Source: Alphaproteobacteria bacterium
GTDB taxonomy: Bacteria > Pseudomonadota > Alphaproteobacteria > UBA6615
Reading direction: 5' to 3'
DNA: 43,596 nucleotides
Assembly: GCA_027297685.1 (NCBI GenBank)
Contig: JAPUHN010000136.1
Coordinates: forward strand, 1 to 43,596
Made by a program: the position numbers and the translations under genes. Positions within the stretch are counted from its first letter, which is position 1; each line of letters opens with the position of its first letter. Below are positions 28,890 through 37,941 of this stretch, piece after piece. The notes beneath the pieces were generated by a model. The model was not told where the DNA came from. It was given only the letters and a program-made list of their open reading frames with translations, and searched no databases.

Positions 28890-30254
28890 TCAATCGTTGG
28901 CCTTTCGCTTAACCCGCGTGTCTTCGATCTGCGGCTCGATGTGCGGTTCAACGCGGGTACGATCCGGTCTTATGCGCCGGTAGACCAGCGTACCGGTATT
29001 GCGGGCGAGACGGACGACCATCGCAACGCCGCCGGAAATGCGGTCGGCTTCGCGGCCGAAGGCGATGCGAAAGACGTAGCGAACCGAGACGCGCTGGAAG
29101 GTTGCGACGCGGTGCAGACGCCGCACCGCCCCCATCCACAGGGGTGACACAACCAGCGACAATGCGGTGACGGTGATGATGATTCGAAATTCCTCGTTCG
29201 AGATGACCTGGCGCTCGAAGCCGATGCTGCCGAGCAGGAACGAGAATTCGCCGACCTGCGACAGTACCAGCGCGGTCAACAGGGCCTGCGCCCAGGGCAG
29301 GCGAAGCGCGGCAAAAATCGCCAGATTGACCAAGGTCTTGCCGACGGTTGCGACCAATAGCATGACCACGACCACGCCGAGATTGGCCCACACCAGAGAC
29401 AGGTCGATCAACAGTCCGATGGAGAGGAAAAATACCATCATCAGGATGCTTTGGATCGGCAGCACGGTGTCGAGCATGCCGACGCGCAAATTGCTGTTGC
29501 CGATGGTCAGCCCGGCGAGGAATGCGCCGTAGGCAGGCGATAGGCCAAGCAGACCCGAGATCGTCGCGGCGCCGAAGCAGCAGGCCAGGCCGAGCAACGG
29601 GGTCAGGTCGGCGTGGCCGGCGACGATGGCGGGCAGCGGTAAGTTGACGCGCCGGCGCCGGCTGAGAAACAGAATCAGCGCCAGTAACGACCCGACCGAT
29701 AAGACGATTCGCAACACCGCCAAAAAGTTTAATTCGCCGAGCACGGCAACGTCGATCAACAATATCATCGGCACGATCGCCAGGTCCTGGGCAATCAGAA
29801 TACCGACCGCGATACGGCCGGTGCGGGTTCGTAATTCGCCGATATCTTCGAGAATTTTGACCGCGACGGCGGTACTCGAGAGCGCCAGAACGAACGCAAG
29901 CAACACAATCGCGACGGTCGGCCAGCCCATCACCTGGCCGATAAACCAGACCACGAACAGCGCGCTGGCGGTCTGTAACGCCACGGTCGCCAAGGCGATC
30001 CGCCAGATCCGGCGGAACGCCCGCAGGCTCAACTCCATGCCGATGACGAATAAGAGCATTAACACGCCCAGATCGGCCAGCAGAGCGATGTTCTCTTCGT
30101 TGCGGACGAGACCGAACCCGGCCGGCCCCAATACCACGCCGGCGAGGATGTAGCCGATCACCGCGGGTTGGCGTAGCCGCGTGAAGATCACGCCGCAAGA
30201 CAGCGCGACCAGAATTACGACCGCCAGCGGGATCAGTTGTTCGTGGGCGAGCAT
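28890..30254 (-). CDS. Monovalent cation:proton antiporter, CPA2 family
   Basis: About 12-13 hydrophobic segments; GYILAGVVLGP, LLF.IGME, LSSTAV, ILIAQDLA, SQVGEFSF. Confidence 0.88.
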   Translation of the reverse strand: MLAHEQLIPLAVVILVALSCGVIFTRLRQPAVIGYILAGVVLGPAGFGLVRNEENIALLADLGVLMLLFVIGMELSLRAFRRIWRIALATVALQTASALFVVWFIGQVMGWPTVAIVLLAFVLALSSTAVAVKILEDIGELRTRTGRIAVGILIAQDLAIVPMILLIDVAVLGELNFLAVLRIVLSVGSLLALILFLSRRRRVNLPLPAIVAGHADLTPLLGLACCFGAATISGLLGLSPAYGAFLAGLTIGNSNLRVGMLDTVLPIQSILMMVFFLSIGLLIDLSLVWANLGVVVVMLLVATVGKTLVNLAIFAALRLPWAQALLTALVLSQVGEFSFLLGSIGFERQVISNEEFRIIITVTALSLVVSPLWMGAVRRLHRVATFQRVSVRYVFRIAFGREADRISGGVAMVVRLARNTGTLVYRRIRPDRTRVEPHIEPQIEDTRVKRKAND

Positions 30255-30303
30255 GGCGAGCGTACGCTAGCACACGTCCCTATAACCGTGTCTCAATCCG
30301 TCG

Positions 30304-31488
30304 TCATGAGAAGGAAAATAACTGCAGCTGCTCTTTGTCGGGCTGTGGCGGTTGCGGAACGTGAAATTGACCGTCGTCGAGGTGCGCAGAATCGTTACTA
30401 TTCTCAACGACGTTCAAGCCGTTCTGGCGGCAGGCCATCTTGAACCGGGCCGCCAGGAGCTCGGCATGTCGGCCGCCGCCGCGCATGCGCGTGCCAAATT
30501 CGCTTTGGTAGAGTTCGCCACCGCGGAATTCCCGCAGGCGGTTGAGAACGCGCCGTTCGCGGTCGGGGACATGCGCCACCAGCCATTCGCGAAACAATTC
30601 TTTCAACTCACGCGGTAACCGCAGCACGATATAGCCGGCCCGGCTCGCGCCGGCCTGGCGCGCGCGTATGAGAATGGCCTCGAGTTCGTGATCGGTCAGT
30701 GCCGGTATCACCGGCGCCACCATGACGCCGACAGGTATGTCGGCGCGGGCGAGCTCGGTGATGGTGGCCAGACGCCGCTCCGGTGGCGCGGCGCGTGGCT
30801 CCATGGCGCGGGCGAGTTTTTGATCCAGCGTCGTCACCGACACCGAAACGCTCGCCAACCCCTTGGCCGCCATCGGCGCCAGAATATCGATATCGCGGCA
30901 CACCAGATGGCCTTTGGTGACGATCGAAACAGGATGGTCGTGCTCGGCCAGAACCTCCAATATCTGTCGGGTTATTTGCAGCCGCCGCTCGATCGGCTGG
31001 TAGGGGTCGGTGTTCGTTCCCATGGCGATGACGCCCGGCCGGTAGCGAGGCGACGCCAGTTCGCGCCGCAGGATTTCCGCTGCGTTCGGCTTGGCGAACA
31101 GCTTGGTCTCGAAATCGAGGCCGGGCGACAGGCCGAGCCAGGCATGGGTGGGCCGGGCATAACAATAGATGCAGCCATGCTCGCAGCCGCGATAGGGATT
31201 GATCGAGCGGTCGAACCCAACGTCCGGCGATTGATTGCGGGTAATCACCGTGCGGCTGGTATCCAATTGCACCTGGGTGTTGAGGCGCGGCGGTTCTTCC
31301 GTGAGCTCGCTGGCACTCGTCCAGCCGTCGTCGATGCGCTCGCTGTGCAGGCGCTCGAACCGGCCTTCCCGATTGGAGATCGCGCCGCGGCCCTTGCGCT
31401 TGCGCGCCGGCAGCACTCCGGACGGCGCGTCACCGCTGCCGATGAAAGTCGATTCGATGGTGTGGCTGGCTGGTGACGACGATCCCAT
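30304..31488 (-). CDS. PA0069-family radical SAM protein (spore photoproduct lyase-like)
   Basis: GRGA..N..GRF, SPDVGFDRSINPYRGCEHGCIYCYARPTH (CxxxCxxC), NTDPYQP.E, LRLPRE. Confidence 0.9.
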   Translation of the reverse strand: MGSSSPASHTIESTFIGSGDAPSGVLPARKRKGRGAISNREGRFERLHSERIDDGWTSASELTEEPPRLNTQVQLDTSRTVITRNQSPDVGFDRSINPYRGCEHGCIYCYARPTHAWLGLSPGLDFETKLFAKPNAAEILRRELASPRYRPGVIAMGTNTDPYQPIERRLQITRQILEVLAEHDHPVSIVTKGHLVCRDIDILAPMAAKGLASVSVSVTTLDQKLARAMEPRAAPPERRLATITELARADIPVGVMVAPVIPALTDHELEAILIRARQAGASRAGYIVLRLPRELKELFREWLVAHVPDRERRVLNRLREFRGGELYQSEFGTRMRGGGRHAELLAARFKMACRQNGLNVVENSNDSAHLDDGQFHVPQPPQPDKEQLQLFSFS

Positions 31489-31512
31489 AGATGAAGGGTA
31501 TCAGATAAAATA

Positions 31513-31527
31513 GAACAAAACAAGAAC
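31513..31527 (-). promoter_or_regulatory. Alphaproteobacterial LexA (SOS) box
   Basis: GAAC-AAAACAA-GAAC on plus, i.e. GTTC-N7-GTTC on minus, 25 nt upstream of the radical SAM ATG. Confidence 0.85.
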
Positions 31528-31587
31528 AAATATGGTGCGAAGTCTATGGCAAATGCGGCTTGTGGGCCGTGGCGGTACTGGTTGTGG

Positions 31588-32637
31588 TTAGTTCAGCACC
31601 TGCGCTAGGTCCGGTTTCAGCCAGTCGGCGCGGGCCTCGGCGATGGCGTCGGCCTCGAAGGAGGCGGCGATATGGGCGCCGATATGGCGGGTCATGGTGG
31701 CGTCGCGCGAGGCCGGATGGTCGCCGCCCTGCCAGGCGGCCTGCCAGCGGGCGAACCAGGTCATGGTGCGAAGCCAGGTCAGCCGGCGCAGCGGCAGCAG
31801 CCAGGGCGCTAGTTCGCCGGCGCGCGCGGTGCCGATACGCTCGAGATAGCGTCGGTAGAACGCACCGATTTGCCCGGTCGTTAGGCGTGAGGCGCTGTCG
31901 GGATCCCAGCCGGTTGCGACCGCCAGTGTGGCATGGGCTAAATCGATCGGCGCGGCGCCGTACAGCACTTTTTCCAAATCGACGAACCAGGCCTTGCCAT
32001 CGCGGTCGATCAAAAAATTTCCCGGATGGGTGTCGGTGCCGACAAGGCAAGGCGCGATATCCGGCTCACCCGCGGACGCGAAAGTTCGCGCCCAGGTGAG
32101 TTCGTCAGAGATTGCCGCGCGCGCGTCGTCGGATAATTTTGCGCCGGAAAGATAGGCGGCTTGCTCTTCGATCACCCGCAGCGTGGCGGCGACGGCATCG
32201 TTATGGGTTTGCAGCGGCGGCTGTGCTGCGGTTGGCGGGAGCGGCAATTGGTGGATTGCCGTGAACGCGTTGGCGATCGCTGCCAAGTCATCGGGTAATC
32301 GTGGTGGATGGCCATCGATCAAGTCGACGATAAGGGCGCCGCGCGGCAGGGTCTCGCAAACCGGGACGGTATCATGCAGCGTCGGGCAATGACCGCTCGC
32401 CGCGGCACGTCGGAACGCGGTGGCTTCGTAAGCTAGTTGGCGATCCGGCGCCATGCCCCACTGGCTCATTCGCGGAACGCGTAACACCAGGCCGCTGTCG
32501 CCAACGCGCCAATGGTCGTGGGAAATGCCCTTGGTGGTGAGGATCGACAGCGCGTGGCCGCGCGTCGCCTGCGCAGAAGGGTGTTCCCGCAACGCCGCGG
32601 TGAGCGCTTCGGGCGACAGCGGCTGGCTCACTGGCAA
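31588..32637 (-). CDS. Aminoglycoside phosphotransferase/choline kinase-fold protein
   Basis: KGISHDH loop, VLRVPR, catalytic-loop-like LVGTDTHPGNFL, WFVDLEK, IDLAH. Confidence 0.75.
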   Translation of the reverse strand: MPVSQPLSPEALTAALREHPSAQATRGHALSILTTKGISHDHWRVGDSGLVLRVPRMSQWGMAPDRQLAYEATAFRRAAASGHCPTLHDTVPVCETLPRGALIVDLIDGHPPRLPDDLAAIANAFTAIHQLPLPPTAAQPPLQTHNDAVAATLRVIEEQAAYLSGAKLSDDARAAISDELTWARTFASAGEPDIAPCLVGTDTHPGNFLIDRDGKAWFVDLEKVLYGAAPIDLAHATLAVATGWDPDSASRLTTGQIGAFYRRYLERIGTARAGELAPWLLPLRRLTWLRTMTWFARWQAAWQGGDHPASRDATMTRHIGAHIAASFEADAIAEARADWLKPDLAQVLN

Positions 32638-32662
32638 CTACTGTGCGCGAACCAGGGCATGC

Positions 32663-33202
32663 TTACGCGCCGTCGGTTTCTGTCAGCCGTGGAATTAGCT
32701 CGGCGAAATTGCACGGGCGGTGGCGGATGTCGAGCTGGTCGGCCAAAATACCGTCCCAACCGTCACGGCAGGCGCCGGGCGAGCCCGGCAGGACGAAAAT
32801 ATAAGTGCCGCCGGCAACAGCGGCATCGGCGCGCGACTGCACCGTCGAGGTGCCGATTTTCTGGTAGCTCAGCCAGCGGAACATTTCGCCGAACCCCGGG
32901 ATGTGCTTTTCCGCCACTTGCGCCAGCGCTTCCGGTGTCACGTCGCGTCCGGTCACGCCGGTACCACCGGTCGAAATTACGACATCGACTTCCGCGTCCT
33001 CGATCCACTTCTGGAATTGCCCGGCGATCGCATCGGTATCGTCACGCACGATGGCGCGGTCGGCGAGCTGGTGTCCGCTTTCGGTCAACCGCGCCGCTAG
33101 CACGTCGCCCGAGGTGTCGTCAGCCTCCGTACGTGTGTCGGAGACCGTCAATACGGCGATATTGAGCGGCTGAAAGGCGATTTTTCCTTTAGTATTGCTC
33201 AT
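32663..33202 (-). CDS. moaB: Molybdenum cofactor biosynthesis protein B
   Basis: [47 protein letters not shown]; ATG at 33202. Confidence 0.94.
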   Translation of the reverse strand: MSNTKGKIAFQPLNIAVLTVSDTRTEADDTSGDVLAARLTESGHQLADRAIVRDDTDAIAGQFQKWIEDAEVDVVISTGGTGVTGRDVTPEALAQVAEKHIPGFGEMFRWLSYQKIGTSTVQSRADAAVAGGTYIFVLPGSPGACRDGWDGILADQLDIRHRPCNFAELIPRLTETDGA

Positions 33203-34988
33203 CGGCAGTTTGCTTGCCCACATTGGCGTCGAGTTGACGATAGCCCGGCCAGGTTCCCGCGGCGACATCGTCGAGCGACGGCGTCGATTGGCCGAGCCGG
33301 TCGCGGTATATCCATAAGTTAGTCAGGACTCGCTCAATGAAAAGGCGTGTTTCGCGCGATGGCAAGCTTTCAATGAACAATAAGGGGTCGTCGCCATAGC
33401 TTATTTTGCGTTCCCAGTTACGCAAATTTCCCGGGCCCGCATTATAGGCAGTGGTGAGACGGAACAAATCGTCAGGAATCGATTTATTGGACAACAGTTG
33501 GCCGATATAGCGTTGGCCGAGCGAGAGGTTCAATTCGGGAATGAATAGTGTGTCTTTCTTGCGACCGCGCAGGCTGCGCTGGCCAGCGACGAAGCTGGCG
33601 GTCCGCGGCATCAATTGCATCAGCCCGCGTGCGCCCGCGCGGCTTTGCGCACGCTCGTTGAACGCCGATTCCTGGCGCACGAACGCGTAGATTAGCGCTC
33701 GGTCGACATCGAAGCCGCCGTCCAATTGCCAGTCGGGCAAGGGATACAGCGCGGCGTTACGAGCCAACGGGTCGGCGACGGCCGCGAGTTTGAGGGTTAG
33801 TGCGGGAAAGTTCGCCCGGCTCGCCAGCGCGAGGATGTCCGGCCGAAGCGCCGGTTGAACGGCGGCGAGCCTCGACAGTTCGGTCTCCGCCCGACGTAGC
33901 AGACCCACCTGCAACAGAGCGACCGCGCGGCTGCCATAAGCGGTCCTGGCTATGTCTTGGAAGGCCGCCTCGTTGAAAGACGGTTGGCGCCAATCGATTT
34001 GCAGCGGCTCTCCGAGCACGCGTTTCGACAGCAAACCATAAAAGGTGAGCGGATATCGCGCGCCCTGTTCGAGCATCGGCGTGACCTCCGCCGGCCGGCG
34101 ATCGACCAACGCGGCTCGCGCCGCCCAAAAGGCGGCGGCCGATTTCATCCAATCAGATGTGTTCTCGATCATGGCGAGAGCGGCGAAGTGGCGGTGCGCT
34201 GTGGGCATGTCGCCAGTCCGCCATGCTGCCAGGCCGCCCCACCAGTGCGCCAGCGGCGCCTTGTTCGGGGCGGTTTTGACCGCGCGTTCGGCGGCGCTGA
34301 GCGCAGCGGCGTCTTTTCCGGCGCGATAGTAGGCGCGGGCGACATCGCGCAAGGCCTGGCCGATTTGCGACCGTGTCAGTAAACCAGTGGTACGGGGCTG
34401 GTCCAATAATTCGAGCGCGCCGGTCGGCCAACCGCGGCCCACTCGGGCCCTGATATTCGATTGTAGTCGGCGGCCCTGTTTAGTGCCGGCGCGTGAATAA
34501 CGCGGCCGCCCCTCCGTCGCCTTTTGCGCGTCTGTGGCCAGCGATGGCAGAGACTTGACGATCGGTGGGCGTGGCCCTTTGACGCCCTTGGGCTGGCGTA
34601 GCACGGCGAGACGGTGAATTCGGCGCGCTTGCGGATGATCGGCGTATTTCGCCATCCATTTGCGAAGCTCACTGAATCTGGACCGGTATTTTGTGGGGTG
34701 CAGGTATTTCTGCGCCAGCACATAGCCCATCAGCCGGCGGTCGTGAAGTCGCCTCACCAGAGCATTTGCGTCGCTCCAGCGGCCGTCCTGCTGGAGAGCG
34801 AAGATGGCGCGGTAGCGGTCGACGTCGGTTTCCGACAGAACTGCCTCGACATTGCCTAGGCCAGGGATTTGGACACTCGCCGGGCCAACCAACGCCGTCT
34901 CGACCGGTCGCGGCAGGGGAACCTGCGCGACCGCGGAGCCGGCCACAAACAGCGGCACGAGAAGGGCGTTAACAACAATCCAGCGCAT
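33189..34988 (-). CDS. Soluble lytic transglycosylase (Slt-like)
   Basis: Signal peptide, helical repeat region, catalytic RQES, GLMQLMP.TA, AYNAGPG, ETR.FIERV. Confidence 0.9.
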   Translation of the reverse strand: MRWIVVNALLVPLFVAGSAVAQVPLPRPVETALVGPASVQIPGLGNVEAVLSETDVDRYRAIFALQQDGRWSDANALVRRLHDRRLMGYVLAQKYLHPTKYRSRFSELRKWMAKYADHPQARRIHRLAVLRQPKGVKGPRPPIVKSLPSLATDAQKATEGRPRYSRAGTKQGRRLQSNIRARVGRGWPTGALELLDQPRTTGLLTRSQIGQALRDVARAYYRAGKDAAALSAAERAVKTAPNKAPLAHWWGGLAAWRTGDMPTAHRHFAALAMIENTSDWMKSAAAFWAARAALVDRRPAEVTPMLEQGARYPLTFYGLLSKRVLGEPLQIDWRQPSFNEAAFQDIARTAYGSRAVALLQVGLLRRAETELSRLAAVQPALRPDILALASRANFPALTLKLAAVADPLARNAALYPLPDWQLDGGFDVDRALIYAFVRQESAFNERAQSRAGARGLMQLMPRTASFVAGQRSLRGRKKDTLFIPELNLSLGQRYIGQLLSNKSIPDDLFRLTTAYNAGPGNLRNWERKISYGDDPLLFIESLPSRETRLFIERVLTNLWIYRDRLGQSTPSLDDVAAGTWPGYRQLDANVGKQTADEQY

Positions 34989-35070
34989 TCGGTAATTTCC
35001 TCGGCGCTATGATCGGCGCGCTAAATTTGGCGGGTGGCTTTGGGAGTCTAGAATGGACCGTGTGGCGTTC

Positions 35071-35910
35071 TTATTTGGTTAACGTATCGAGACGTTGGCG
35101 AACGCTCAAGAGGTCCTTCCAGGCGGCGCGCTTTTGAGCCGGCTGACGCAAAAGATAGGCGGGGTGTAGTGTCGCCATGACCGGAATCGGCTCGATGCCG
35201 ACGTTTTCCAGCGCTGGCGAAGCATATTCGTACCATTGGCCCCGTAGCCGAGTGATGCCTTCGCTGCGGCCCAACAGCGTTTTTGCTGCGGTTCCGCCTA
35301 AAAACACCAAAATGCGGGGCGCTACCAGCGCGATATGCCGAGTCAGGAAAGGCAGGCAAGCGGCGATCTCGGCATCGGTCGGCTGGCGGTTACCGGGCGG
35401 ACGCCAGGGCAGAATATTGGTTATGTAAACATTTTCGTCCCTGCTGAGGCCGACATAGCCAAGCATGACATCGAGCAGTTGGCCGCTGACGCCGACGAAC
35501 GGCACACCCTGACGGTCTTCGTCGCGTCCCGGCGCTTCGCCGATCAACATGACGTCGGCCTTTGACTGACCAACGCCGAACACCAGGTTTGTCGCGGTCG
35601 TTTTCAATGAACACCCATCGAACGCGGCCAGGCTGTCGCGCAGGGCCACCAGATCGGCAGCCGACTCGGCCATCGACCGGGCGCTCGCGGCAACCGCGTC
35701 TTGAGGTGCTAGAGCGGTGGCCGCCGGTTTCGCAGATGCCGGTTTCGCGGCAGACGGCGTGGCCACGGCGGCCGTATTTTGCGCCGCTGCTACAAAGCGG
35801 TCGACCGGTTGGTCGCCGATCGCCTCGTCGGCGCCCACATCGATTTGCCATTGCAACGCCGCGACCAATTCGTCGCGCGCGGGCCCGATGCCGTTGGAGT
35901 GGTCGGTCAT
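35071..35910 (-). CDS. Uracil-DNA glycosylase, family 4
   Basis: IGEAPG..ED.QG.PFVG.SG.LL, RPPGNR.P, HPAYLLR. Confidence 0.92.
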   Translation of the reverse strand: MTDHSNGIGPARDELVAALQWQIDVGADEAIGDQPVDRFVAAAQNTAAVATPSAAKPASAKPAATALAPQDAVAASARSMAESAADLVALRDSLAAFDGCSLKTTATNLVFGVGQSKADVMLIGEAPGRDEDRQGVPFVGVSGQLLDVMLGYVGLSRDENVYITNILPWRPPGNRQPTDAEIAACLPFLTRHIALVAPRILVFLGGTAAKTLLGRSEGITRLRGQWYEYASPALENVGIEPIPVMATLHPAYLLRQPAQKRAAWKDLLSVRQRLDTLTK

Positions 35911-36082
35911 GGGACGATGCTATCAGATTGTGCCCAAGCGGGGCATGCGAACTTTCATAAAATCCTGTCGATCGGTCTATCTCTTGCTGTGGGGTGCGAT
36001 CTCGCGCAACCCCCACCAAGGTGTGTATTATGTTGCGGTACAGTCTGCCAAGGCAGCTGATCAAGGTGGGGGTTTTTTTAAA

Positions 36083-37801
36083 ATGAATGATGCCGGTCCG
36101 CCAGATCGGGACGCAGTCGAACCTGAATCAATCGAAATCGAACCCGTCGAGCGGGAGTCGATGGCCTACGACGTTGTCATCGTCGGTGCTGGTCCAGCCG
36201 GCCTCGCCGCCTCAATCCGGCTCAAACAATTAGCCGCCGCAGCAGAACGGGAAATCGGTGTTTGCATCATCGAGAAGGGCTCGGAAGTGGGCGCTCATAT
36301 TCTTTCCGGCGCGGTGCTGGAAATTCGGGCGCTCGACGAATTGTTGCCCGATTGGCGCGACCAGGGCGCGCCGGTAACGATGGCGGTGACGGCCGAGAAG
36401 TTCTTGATTCTGACTAAAAGAAAATCCCTGTCGGTGCCAACCGCACTGCTGCCGCCTGCGATGCACAATCGTGGCAACTACGTCATCTCCCTGGGTAATC
36501 TATGCCGTTGGCTGGCCGAACAAGCCGAAGCGCTCGGTGTCGAAATCTATCCAGGTTTTGCTGCCGCCGAGGTGCTGTACGACGAAGCTGGCCGTGTCAA
36601 AGGCGTGGCAACCAGCGACATGGGCGTCGCACGCGACGGCAGCCACACGGCGAATTACACGCGAGGGATCGAACTGCACGCCAGCTATACGTTTTTTGCC
36701 GAGGGGTGCCGCGGTCATCTCGGCCGCCAACTGATGGAGCGATTTGCGCTGCGCGCCGATTGCGAAGCGCAGACCTATGGCATTGGCATCAAGGAGCTCT
36801 GGCAAGTCGCGCCGGAAAAGCACCAGCCCGGGCTTGTGGTCCACACCGCGGGGTGGCCGCTTGATAAGCGAACCTATGGCGGCTCGTTTCTCTATCACCT
36901 GGAGGACAATCAGGTCGCGGTCGGGTTCGTCATCGGCCTCGATTATAAAAATCCCTACCTGTCACCGTTCGACGAGTTCCAGCGGTTCAAGACCCACCCG
37001 GCGGTCCGCCCGGTCTTCGAGGGCGGTAGCCGCGTTTCCTACGGCGCCCGCGCGCTCAACGAGGGCGGCCTGCAATCGCTGCCGAAGCCGGTGTTTCTGG
37101 GCGGTGTGTTGATCGGCTGCGAAGCTGGCACCCTTAACGTGCCCAAGATCAAGGGCACGCACACGGCGATGAAGTCGGGAATGCTGGCCGCCGAGGCGGC
37201 GTTCGATGCGATCGTCGAGGCCGATGGAGGCATCCCGGCGGCCGAGCTTAGCGCCTACGTGGCATCGCTCGAGCAGTCCTGGGTCCGTCGTGAACTGCAC
37301 CGCGCCCGGAATTTCCGGCCGGCCTTCAAATTTGGTCTTTTGTTTGGCACATTGATCGCCGGGATCGACCAAGTTGTCTTTCGCGGTCGCGCGCCGTGGA
37401 CCCTGAAACACGGCCACGCCGACCATGAAACGCTCGGGCACAAGGACCGCCACAAGCCAATCGACTATCCCAGCCCCGACGGCACGGTGAGTTTTGATAT
37501 ATTGTCGTCGGTTTATATTTCGAATACCAACCACGAAGAAAACCAGCCGGTGCATCTCACGTTGAAAGACGCGGGCGTGCCGGTCGAAATCAATTTGGCG
37601 CGCTACGACGCGCCAGAACAGCGCTACTGTCCGGCCGGTGTCTACGAAATACTGACCGACGAAGACGGATCGAACCCGCAGTTGCGGATCAACGCGCAAA
37701 ATTGCGTGCACTGTAAAACATGTGACATCAAAGACCCGACTCAGAATATTGTGTGGGTTGCGCCGGAAGGCGGCGGCGGGCCGAACTATCCGAATATGTG
37801 A
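36083..37801 (+). CDS. Electron transfer flavoprotein-ubiquinone oxidoreductase
   Basis: ERESM.YDVVIVGAGPAG, EKGSEVGAHILSGA, YCPAGVYE, NCVHCKTCDIKDP, GGGPNY.NM; ATG 36083 preferred. Confidence 0.95.
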   Translation: MNDAGPPDRDAVEPESIEIEPVERESMAYDVVIVGAGPAGLAASIRLKQLAAAAEREIGVCIIEKGSEVGAHILSGAVLEIRALDELLPDWRDQGAPVTMAVTAEKFLILTKRKSLSVPTALLPPAMHNRGNYVISLGNLCRWLAEQAEALGVEIYPGFAAAEVLYDEAGRVKGVATSDMGVARDGSHTANYTRGIELHASYTFFAEGCRGHLGRQLMERFALRADCEAQTYGIGIKELWQVAPEKHQPGLVVHTAGWPLDKRTYGGSFLYHLEDNQVAVGFVIGLDYKNPYLSPFDEFQRFKTHPAVRPVFEGGSRVSYGARALNEGGLQSLPKPVFLGGVLIGCEAGTLNVPKIKGTHTAMKSGMLAAEAAFDAIVEADGGIPAAELSAYVASLEQSWVRRELHRARNFRPAFKFGLLFGTLIAGIDQVVFRGRAPWTLKHGHADHETLGHKDRHKPIDYPSPDGTVSFDILSSVYISNTNHEENQPVHLTLKDAGVPVEINLARYDAPEQRYCPAGVYEILTDEDGSNPQLRINAQNCVHCKTCDIKDPTQNIVWVAPEGGGGPNYPNM

Positions 37802-37941
37802 GCGGCGGTAAGGCCAGTGGCGAGAGAACGCCGATTCGTAACGAGAACGTGTCCTGGTGGTGAAATAGTGCGTCGGGTAAACTGTTGGCTAGTATATTGC
37901 TGGTAACCTACCGGTCGATGTACTCCACATTAGGATCGAAC

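Noticed and set aside
28948-30273. 441-aa Arg-rich same-strand ORF
   Set aside because: Alternative frame of the antiporter; Arg/Pro/Gly composition typical of off-frame GC-rich DNA
35717-36082. N-terminal extension of ETF-QO
   Set aside because: Overlaps the divergent UDG gene and intergenic DNA; family similarity starts only near ERESM
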